DNA of 64,000 bases from an uncultured Candidatus Bathyarchaeia archaeon (GTDB taxonomy: Archaea; Thermoproteota; Bathyarchaeia; Bathyarchaeales; Bathyarchaeaceae). This document shows positions 28,665-36,271 of the stretch, piece by piece. Numbering within the stretch: the stretch's first letter is position 1; every line of letters starts with the position of its first letter. The stretch lies in assembly GCA_964418675.1 (NCBI GenBank), contig CAYQMM010000001.1, positions 68,892-132,891 of the forward strand, written 5' to 3'. The translations under genes were made by a program, and so were the position numbers. The notes under the pieces were generated by a model that was not told the origin of the DNA, did no database searches, and saw nothing but the letters and a program-made list of their open reading frames with translations.

Positions 28665-28689
28665 ACTTTATCACAATTTGTGATAAAGT
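28665..28689. repeat. Perfect 25-bp palindrome (12-bp arms, 1-nt centre) between convergent gene ends
   Basis: ACTTTATCACAA-T-TTGTGATAAAGT read directly. Lies 16 nt after the regulator stop and 47 nt before the doxX stop. Confidence 0.9.
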
Positions 28690-28735
28690 CCTTGTTAGAT
28701 ACCATTTCAATATGCTGACATTGAGTGTTTGTTTG

Positions 28736-29287
28736 TCATCCAAAGATTGCTTTGAGCCACGAATTTTTCTTTACTATTTCTAAGTCGTGTACGTATTTGT
28801 CCAAGCCGTATACTAGACCTGCGCCGACCAATATGAAGACGATGTACAAACATACTATAATGAAATTTTCGGTGATTGGTCCGGTACTCCATCCATTTCC
28901 CCACGGTCCTGTATTGACGACTAGTGCACCTGTGGCATCACGTGATTTAGCCAGAAATTCGGAAATCCAGAATAGCCCGTTCATGATTATTCCGAAGAAT
29001 GAAGCAAGTCTTGTGAGGAACCCTAAGAGGAGTCCCAACCCGATCGCTACCTCACCAAACATTACTAAGCTACTTAATGCACTACTTCCTGCTATGCTGT
29101 GAAACCATGGATTAAATGCTCCGCCGCCTGCAACAAAATTAAGGTATCCAGTAGCGCTCCATCCTGATGTGTGACCTCCCCATGTGGTATAAAGAACTTT
29201 TTCAATTCCAGCGAAGAACATCAGAAATCCTACTAACAGTCTAAGACCCAATATTGAAAGTTCAGTCATGGATAATTTTAGTTCCAT
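28736..29287 (-). CDS. DoxX/DoxD-like membrane protein
   Basis: 183 aa; N-terminal LGLRLLVGFLMFFAGIEKV, four hydrophobic segments, GWSATGYL segment. Confidence 0.6.
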   Translation of the reverse strand: MELKLSMTELSILGLRLLVGFLMFFAGIEKVLYTTWGGHTSGWSATGYLNFVAGGGAFNPWFHSIAGSSALSSLVMFGEVAIGLGLLLGFLTRLASFFGIIMNGLFWISEFLAKSRDATGALVVNTGPWGNGWSTGPITENFIIVCLYIVFILVGAGLVYGLDKYVHDLEIVKKNSWLKAIFG

Positions 29288-29753
29288 TTTCTAGCACTCC
29301 TTTCTTTTCTTGTTTGCTTAACAGTCCACTAGTTAGGTATATAATTTTTTCGATTGGTTTTTTTCCTATGACTTTTATGATAATTTTAGAATAAATTAAG
29401 CTGGTAACACTCTTGAAAACTGGCACAGAGGAGAGTTCAATGCCTCTTAGTAATTGGTTTTGCGTGTATCCTCAGGTTTGCAGAGAACCCTTCAAACCCG
29501 CAAAAGCGCTTCTTTGTCGCTCGATTCGCTTATTCATGCAAGACCAGCGGAGATATAACGGTTGGTGAAGTCTCCGACTTACAAAAGGTTAGCATGCCCT
29601 CAGCTAAAACCTGCTACATCATAGAAGTTTCAACAAAAATGAGGTTAGATTTGCACGGGCGGCTTGTTTATATACATCATAGCCGTATGTGAAAAGCTTT
29701 TTTGCAATAACATTTAATATGTTTTGATTTATTATGATAAACCCGAAAATGCG

Positions 29754-30710
29754 ATGACAGAGGGACGGAAACTGTCAAAGAAATCTGAAAATAAAACAGC
29801 TAGGTTTCTTGTATGGGTTAAAGAACTGAGGGCTCCCTTTTTTACAGCAGTCTTAATTCCTGTGCTCCTCGGCACTATAATGGCTTGGTTTTCGTTCGGA
29901 GCTTTTGACTCAACGTATTTTATCTTGAGTTTGATAGGCATAGTGTGCGTAAATGCTGGAACAAATCTTGCAAACGATTATTTTGACTACAAAAGCGGAT
30001 GCGATTCTGTCGATACAGATTTTAATTCACCATTCAGTGGCGGAAGTGGCTTGCTTCCCAGAGGCATTTTAAATCCCAGAAAAGTATACATCGCCTCTCT
30101 AGTTGCCTTTATTCTTGCCAGCCTTATTGGAGCATTTCTTGCTTTAACTCGAGGGTGGGTTATTGTCGTTCTCGGCCTTATCGGCGTCTTTTCAGGATAT
30201 TTCTACACTACTAAATTGGCGCCACTAGGCATTGGTGAACTCATTGTAGGCCTCAACTGCGGGCCACTCGCAGTTATAGGAAGCTATTACGTACAAACAC
30301 AAATTATCGCATTGGAACCAATAGTGGCATCCATTCCTGTAGGAATATTGATTCTTGAAGTGCTCTGGATAAACGAAATTCCAGACTACTACGCAGACGC
30401 TAAGGCTGGAAAAAAGACGCTGGTAACTAGGCTTGGAAGAAAAAGGGCTGCGGATATTTACGGCTTACTTATGTTTTTCACCTACGCTGTAATACTGCTA
30501 GGGGTCTCTCTGTCGCTGATGCCAGTGCTCACGTTACTTTCTTTTCTAACGGCTCCACTGGCTATAAGAGCAGTGTACGTTGCCAGAAGAAATTATGGAG
30601 ATCCACGCAAGCTTATTCCTGCAAATGCAACTACAGTTCTTGTGCACTTGTTCACTGGTCTGCTGTTGTGCATATCATACGTTGTCAGCGGCTACATGGC
30701 GGGTCTGTGA
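29754..30710 (+). CDS. UbiA-superfamily aromatic prenyltransferase, MenA-like
   Basis: Polytopic membrane ORF. First Asp-rich motif NLANDYFDYKSGCD, second EIPDYYADAKAGKKTLV. ATG 29754 preferred over TTG 29724. Confidence 0.75.
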   Translation: MTEGRKLSKKSENKTARFLVWVKELRAPFFTAVLIPVLLGTIMAWFSFGAFDSTYFILSLIGIVCVNAGTNLANDYFDYKSGCDSVDTDFNSPFSGGSGLLPRGILNPRKVYIASLVAFILASLIGAFLALTRGWVIVVLGLIGVFSGYFYTTKLAPLGIGELIVGLNCGPLAVIGSYYVQTQIIALEPIVASIPVGILILEVLWINEIPDYYADAKAGKKTLVTRLGRKRAADIYGLLMFFTYAVILLGVSLSLMPVLTLLSFLTAPLAIRAVYVARRNYGDPRKLIPANATTVLVHLFTGLLLCISYVVSGYMAGL

Positions 30711-31007
30711 AATTGCGCGCGCCAAAAAACAATAACATTCTTTGCATTTTCCTCTTTTTCAATTCCTTCTAAATCCTCTAGCATTTTGCTGAAAGTCTTG
30801 TACCATGATTCCTCTACGTTAAACACTAAAAAACGAGAATTTTAATTTGAAAACATCCTCTCATAGGTTTGATGGGACGGTTCTCTTAGCTATTGAGAGG
30901 TCCGGGATATTTTTTATGATGAAACTCATAAAAATGATAGCAAAAGTATAAATAGTATTATTTATTTGATAGAAATCTCCAAATAAACTTGGTCAAAGTG
31001 GTTTGGA

Positions 31008-31583
31008 ATGGAAAAAGAAGTGATAATTGATTTTGGTGATCTCGATCCGAACTTTAAATATGAGGTTTCTAGTCAACCCGGTGGTGAAAACGTAAAGCAA
31101 TGTTTTCATTGTGGTATTTGTGCCGTTTCATGCCCCGTAAGGAGAATCGACAATGACTATAACCCAAGAAAGATAATTAGAATGATTCTATACGGGATGA
31201 AGAAAGAACTGCTTTCCAGCGAAACCATATGGAAGTGCGTTCACTGTCATACCTGCTACGAACGATGTCCTCAAAATGTGAAGTTTGCTGAGGTTGTTGA
31301 GGCCTTAAAGATTCTTGCAATAAGAGAACTAGAAAAAGGGAACATCGAGATTAAGGGATCAACGTTCTTGTTTGATTCAACCTTCACAGACAGCATAAAA
31401 CATCATGGGCGAGTATTCGAGACGGGTCTAATTGTGAGGTACATGCTGAAAAGGAAGAACCTGAAATTTATGCTGTCGTATTTTCCTCTTGGGTTAAAGA
31501 TGGCTTGGAAAAGAAAACTAAAGCTGTTTCCGAATAAAGTCAAAGATCTTAAGGAAATAGATAAATTATTCAAAGAAACTTAG
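31008..31583 (+). CDS. hdrC: HdrC-like 2x[4Fe-4S] subunit
   Basis: 191 aa; CFHCGICAVSCP and CVHCHTCYERCP. Confidence 0.8.
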   Translation: MEKEVIIDFGDLDPNFKYEVSSQPGGENVKQCFHCGICAVSCPVRRIDNDYNPRKIIRMILYGMKKELLSSETIWKCVHCHTCYERCPQNVKFAEVVEALKILAIRELEKGNIEIKGSTFLFDSTFTDSIKHHGRVFETGLIVRYMLKRKNLKFMLSYFPLGLKMAWKRKLKLFPNKVKDLKEIDKLFKET

Positions 31584-31594
31584 GTGGTGCGAAA

Positions 31595-32458
31595 GTGAAG
31601 GTTTCTTATTATCCAGGATGTTCGCTTGAATCTTCTGCAAAAGAGTATCAAATATCCGCAAACGCTGTTTGCCAGAGGCTAGATATAGAACTCGTAGAAA
31701 TTGAAGATTGGAATTGTTGTGGTGCCCTAGAAGTTAGTTCACTGAACCCGTTGCTTTCGTTGGCTCTACCAGCGAGAAATTTGAAAATCGCGTCCGAAGA
31801 GTCCGATAAGCTGGTGGTAACATGCAACGCTTGTTTGAACAATCTTGTTAAAGTCCAGTGGAAGCTTTTCAAGAATGGAGAGCTAAGAAAAAAGATAAAT
31901 CAACTTTTAAACCACGAATTTCGTGAAATAAAAATAAAGCATCTTCTAGATTTGATTTTGAATGATATAGGTCTGGAGAAGGTAAAAGAGAACGTAAAAA
32001 AACCGCTCAAAGGGTTAAAAACCGTTTCCTATTACGGCTGCCTGATAGTTAGACCATCCAAAATCCTCAATTTTGACGATCCAGACGACCCCGAGTTACT
32101 CGATAAACTCGTCTTAACTTTAGGGGGAAACCCCCTAGAGTTCTTCAGCAAAACAAAATGTTGCGGCGGTGGTTTACTCATGTCAAATCAGGACATGTCT
32201 CTGGAATTAACAAAAGAGATAATCGCCGAGGCGGCAGAACGTGGAGCACAATGTATTACGGTTACTTGTCCCCTTTGCCATATGGCACTTGAAACCTTAC
32301 AACATAAGGTTATGGCGAAAATAGGGAGCAAACGCAAGATACCCATCCTTTATTTTACGCAACTCATGGGGCTCTCATTTGGCGTCCCTCCAAAGGAGTT
32401 AGGTCTTCACAAAAATATGATTTCCGCGAAACCAGTAATTGATTTTGTCAATAGATAA
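31595..32458 (+). CDS. hdrB: HdrB-like subunit with two intact CCG domains
   Basis: 287 aa, GTG start after TAGGTGGTG. PGCSLES...WNCCGA...TCNACLN and YYGCLIVRP...KCCGGG...TCPLCHM. Confidence 0.85.
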   Translation: MKVSYYPGCSLESSAKEYQISANAVCQRLDIELVEIEDWNCCGALEVSSLNPLLSLALPARNLKIASEESDKLVVTCNACLNNLVKVQWKLFKNGELRKKINQLLNHEFREIKIKHLLDLILNDIGLEKVKENVKKPLKGLKTVSYYGCLIVRPSKILNFDDPDDPELLDKLVLTLGGNPLEFFSKTKCCGGGLLMSNQDMSLELTKEIIAEAAERGAQCITVTCPLCHMALETLQHKVMAKIGSKRKIPILYFTQLMGLSFGVPPKELGLHKNMISAKPVIDFVNR

Positions 32459-32460
32459 GA

Positions 32461-35400
32461 TTGGTGGTACTTGTGGAGCCTGTGGGTGCTGTAGCTGTAG
32501 TCGGTGGGGGGATCTCTGGGATATATGCAGCTCTCGAACTTGCAGATTCAGGTTTTAAAGTATATCTAATTGAGGGTAGCCCCACCATTGGGGGAAGAAT
32601 GCTTCAACTCGACAAAACATTTCCAACAAATGATTGCGCTATCTGCATTTTGGCTCCTAAGTTGGCTGAGGTTTCGCGGCATCCAAACATAGAGTTATTC
32701 ACATACTGCGAATTGCTGTCTGTTACTGGGAAGGCAGGAGATTTCGAAATCGAATTGCACAAGAAAGCGAGGTTTGTGGACGAGCGAAGATGCACAGGGT
32801 GTGGAACATGCTCCTCTAAGTGTCCAGTAAAAATTCCAGATGCAATGAATGAGAACATCAACCTAACAAAGTGTATAAGAATTGCCCTCCCCCAAGCAGT
32901 TCCCCTCGTCGCCCTAATTGACAAGGAAAAGTGTCTTTACTTCACCAAAAATGTTTGTCGAATATGCGAGAAAGTATGCGAAGCCAAGGCTGTGGACTTC
33001 ACCCAAAAAGACAAAAAAGTCCGATTGAAGGTTGGAAGCATTATCATTGCTGCTGGCGCAGAGGCATACAACCCCACATTCGAAACAGTATTGAATTATA
33101 AGCATGAAAATGTAGTTACATCCACGGAATTTGAGAGGCTTTTAAGCGCAAGTGGACCTACAAAGGGGTCCATAATCAAGCCTTCAGATGGCACAAAACC
33201 AAAGAAGATTGGTTTTATTCAGTGTGTTGGGTCGAGAGACCCTAGTATGGGTAGGGAATTGTGCTCCGCCGTCTGCTGTATGTACGCAACAAAAGAAGCT
33301 ATAGTAGCAAAAGAGCATGACCCAGAACTAGACGAGTACATATTTTTTATAGATCTGAGGGCTTATGGGAAGGGGTTTGAAGAGTTTGCGAAAAGAGCTG
33401 AGGACGAATATAACATCAAATACATCAGGTGCAAGGATGTTGAGGTAAAAGGGAATATAAACAGTGATTTGCTAACAATCCACTATGAGGACCCAAAAGA
33501 CAACCAATTCAAGACTATCGACCTCGATCTTGTAGTTCTTTCAGTCGGATTGAAACCACATAAATCGCTGAAAACACTTGCCAAAATGTTGAATCTGGAG
33601 CTGAATGAATACGGTTACGTGAAAACAAGCCTTGATAAACCGATGGAGACTAACATCGAAGGTGTGTATGTTTGTGGAACAGCTCAAGGTCCAAAGGACA
33701 TACCGGATTGTGTAGCACAGGCATGTGGAGCTGCTGCAAAGACTAAGGCTCTACTTTCTTCTACGAGAAACCAGTTAACCATTGAGAAAGTATTTCCAAA
33801 AGAACGCAAGATAGCGGAAGAGCCCAGAATAGGTGTGTTTGTTTGTAACTGCGGCATAAACATTGGGGGGGTCGTAAATGTACCTGAAGTGGTCAAATAT
33901 GTTAGCACGCTAGACAATGTTATTCACTGTGAAGAAAACCTTTACACATGCTCGCAGGAAACGCTGGAAAGAATAAAAGAGGTCATAGAAAAAAGGGAAT
34001 TGAACAGAATCATAGTTGCATCGTGCACTCCAAGAACTCATGAACCTCTCTTCCAAAACACCTTGAGGGAAGCCGGTTTAAACCCCTATCTCTTTGAATT
34101 CTGTAACATCCGCGAACAATGCTCTTGGGTGCACATGAATCAAAAAGAAAGAGCTACGGAGAAGGCTAAGAATCTCATCGAAATAGCGGTTGCCAAGGCA
34201 AAATTGTTGACGCCACTCCAAAGACGAATGACCCCCATTACTCAGAAGGCGCTGGTGTTGGGCGGAGGCATTTCTGGGATGACTGCAAGCCTAGATATTG
34301 CGAATCAAGGGTTCGAAGTTTTTCTCGTTGAAAAAAACACTACACTGGGAGGGTTTATCAAGAACCTATGGCAAATCCAAGGTGGAACTAGGACATCTGA
34401 TATCCTAGAAGAAATTGTTCGAAAAGTGAAGAGTAATCCGCGGATAAAGATATTCTTCGAATCAGAAGTGAAAGCAGTTACAGGTCATGTCGGTGACTTC
34501 AAGGCAACAATAACTACTCCGAAAGGCTCTGAGGAAATTGAATTTGGAACCGCCATCATCGCTGTTGGAGCCGACGTTCTTGTACCAACAGGATACTACC
34601 ATTATGGAGAAAACGATAGAATAATCATTCAAAAAGACTTGGAACAGATGTTTGAGAAAGGTTTCAACGCAAAGGCTGTTGTCATGATCCAGTGTGTCGG
34701 TTCTAGGGAAAATGAAGGTAGAACCTACTGCTCAAGGGTTTGTTGTAGTGAAGCCATAAAGAATGCAATAAACATTAAGAAGATGAGTCCAGAAACGGAC
34801 GTGTATATACTATACAAAGATGTTAGGGCATATGGAATCTGGGAGACCATTTACAACACCGCGAGAAGTATGGGCGTAGTTTTCATTAGGTATACAGACG
34901 AACACAAACCATCCGTAGACCCTGAAAATCTATCCGTTACAGTTGATGAACTCCTATTGAAGGAAAAGTTGATACTCCACCCAGATTATGTGGTTCTGAG
35001 TAGCGCAATAACTTCACGTGAGGACTACGAAAAAATAAGCAGACTATTCAAGGTTCCTCTGGACCCCAACGGTTTCTTTTTGGAGGCTCATGTGAAGCTT
35101 AGGCCTGTTGACTTTGCAACGGATGGGGTGTTTGTTTGTGGAACCGCCCATTATCCGAAGATGATATACGAGAGCATAGCGCAGGCGAGCGCAGCGGCGT
35201 CAAGAGCTACTACAATCCTCTCAAAGGATTATAGTGAAAGCGAGGTGATCATCAGCCGCGTGACAGATAAAGAAAAATGTATAGGCTGCGAACTTTGTGT
35301 GTTTTTATGTCCATTCAACGCTGTCGAAATTGGTGACGATGGAAAAGCAGAAGTTATTTTGGCGGCATGCAAAGGTTGTGGTATTTGCACCGCGTCATGC

Positions 35401-35481
35401 CCAGAAAAAGCAATCAGCATTACCCATTTCACTGATGAACAACTCGTATCGCAGATAAGGGCGGCGAAGGTGATCTCATGA
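32461..35481 (+). CDS. hdrA: Tandem-fused HdrA-like flavoprotein (two thioredoxin-reductase-like FAD modules in one chain), copy 1
   Basis: 1006 aa. Module 1: VVGGGISGIY, FPTNDCAICIL, inserted ferredoxin CTGCGTCSSKCP / CRICEKVC, CVGSRD...CSAVCCMYATK. Then an HdrA N-terminal-type Cys domain in mid-chain (RIGVFVCNCGINIGG, ASCTPRTHE, REQCSWVH). Module 2: LVLGGGISGMT, CVGSRENEGRTYCSRVCC. C-terminal CIGCELCVFLCP / CKGCGICTASCP. Confidence 0.85.
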   Translation: MVVLVEPVGAVAVVGGGISGIYAALELADSGFKVYLIEGSPTIGGRMLQLDKTFPTNDCAICILAPKLAEVSRHPNIELFTYCELLSVTGKAGDFEIELHKKARFVDERRCTGCGTCSSKCPVKIPDAMNENINLTKCIRIALPQAVPLVALIDKEKCLYFTKNVCRICEKVCEAKAVDFTQKDKKVRLKVGSIIIAAGAEAYNPTFETVLNYKHENVVTSTEFERLLSASGPTKGSIIKPSDGTKPKKIGFIQCVGSRDPSMGRELCSAVCCMYATKEAIVAKEHDPELDEYIFFIDLRAYGKGFEEFAKRAEDEYNIKYIRCKDVEVKGNINSDLLTIHYEDPKDNQFKTIDLDLVVLSVGLKPHKSLKTLAKMLNLELNEYGYVKTSLDKPMETNIEGVYVCGTAQGPKDIPDCVAQACGAAAKTKALLSSTRNQLTIEKVFPKERKIAEEPRIGVFVCNCGINIGGVVNVPEVVKYVSTLDNVIHCEENLYTCSQETLERIKEVIEKRELNRIIVASCTPRTHEPLFQNTLREAGLNPYLFEFCNIREQCSWVHMNQKERATEKAKNLIEIAVAKAKLLTPLQRRMTPITQKALVLGGGISGMTASLDIANQGFEVFLVEKNTTLGGFIKNLWQIQGGTRTSDILEEIVRKVKSNPRIKIFFESEVKAVTGHVGDFKATITTPKGSEEIEFGTAIIAVGADVLVPTGYYHYGENDRIIIQKDLEQMFEKGFNAKAVVMIQCVGSRENEGRTYCSRVCCSEAIKNAINIKKMSPETDVYILYKDVRAYGIWETIYNTARSMGVVFIRYTDEHKPSVDPENLSVTVDELLLKEKLILHPDYVVLSSAITSREDYEKISRLFKVPLDPNGFFLEAHVKLRPVDFATDGVFVCGTAHYPKMIYESIAQASAAASRATTILSKDYSESEVIISRVTDKEKCIGCELCVFLCPFNAVEIGDDGKAEVILAACKGCGICTASCPEKAISITHFTDEQLVSQIRAAKVIS

Positions 35482-36263
35482 AAGAAGAGAATGATGAAAA
35501 AGATTTTGAACCCTTGATAATTGCGTTCTTATGTAACTGGTGTTCCTACGCGGGAGCAGATTTTGCCGGGGTTTCGAGGTATCAGTATCCCACAAGCATA
35601 AGGATCATTAAGGTTATGTGTAGCGGTAGAGTTGACCCGTTCCTAATTTTTGAGGCATTTCGTGATGGCGCCGACGGCGTTTTGGTGGCTGGATGCCACC
35701 TAGGAGACTGCCACTATATATCGGGTAACATCGAGGCGCAGCAGAAGATGAAATATGTTGTAAGAGCTATCGAAAGAAGCAAGATTCCTCTACAACGATT
35801 TAGATACAAATGGATCTCTGCGTCGGAAGGAAAGCTTTTTGCGGCGACTATTGCCGAGTTTACTGAGGAACTGAAAAAATTAGGGCCTATTTCCAAGGAA
35901 GTCATAGACGGCGTTCCTACCCTGGATAAGATAGTTGCTGCTGAAAATGAGTTCTTAGACTTCACAGTAAGGTGGATGATAGGTAAAGAGAAAATACTTT
36001 TAGAGGAAGGGAATGTTTATGGAGAGGCGCTCGATCCCGACCATTTAACAAATATAGTCAACGAAGTTGTAGACACAAAATATCTGAAATTTCTTATTCT
36101 GAGGATGATCAAGGATACGCCGCTCTCAGTTGCCGATCTTTCGGAAAAACTGGAAATTGAACCGAGAGAGACCTTCGACTGCTTAATGCAGTTGAAAAAT
36201 GAAGGATCCGTCGGTATAGTTGGCTTCAAGGATGATTATCCCATTTTTCAAGTAATAAGGTGA
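35478..36263 (+). CDS. mvhD: MvhD-like [2Fe-2S] subunit with about 120-aa C-terminal extension ending in a winged-helix-like segment
   Basis: 261 aa. Core FLCNWCSYAGADFAG...VMCSGRVD...GCHLGDCHY. Tail LILRMIKDTPLSVADLSEKLEIEPRETFDCLMQLKNEGSV. Confidence 0.8.
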   Translation: MKEENDEKDFEPLIIAFLCNWCSYAGADFAGVSRYQYPTSIRIIKVMCSGRVDPFLIFEAFRDGADGVLVAGCHLGDCHYISGNIEAQQKMKYVVRAIERSKIPLQRFRYKWISASEGKLFAATIAEFTEELKKLGPISKEVIDGVPTLDKIVAAENEFLDFTVRWMIGKEKILLEEGNVYGEALDPDHLTNIVNEVVDTKYLKFLILRMIKDTPLSVADLSEKLEIEPRETFDCLMQLKNEGSVGIVGFKDDYPIFQVIR

Positions 36264-36271
36264 ATTATCAT

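Noticed and set aside
30916-30922. ATGATGA (C-box-like) upstream of string B
   Set aside because: No CTGA D or D' box appears within the following ~70 nt and there is no terminal stem. It sits in an AT-rich promoter where such heptamers occur by chance.
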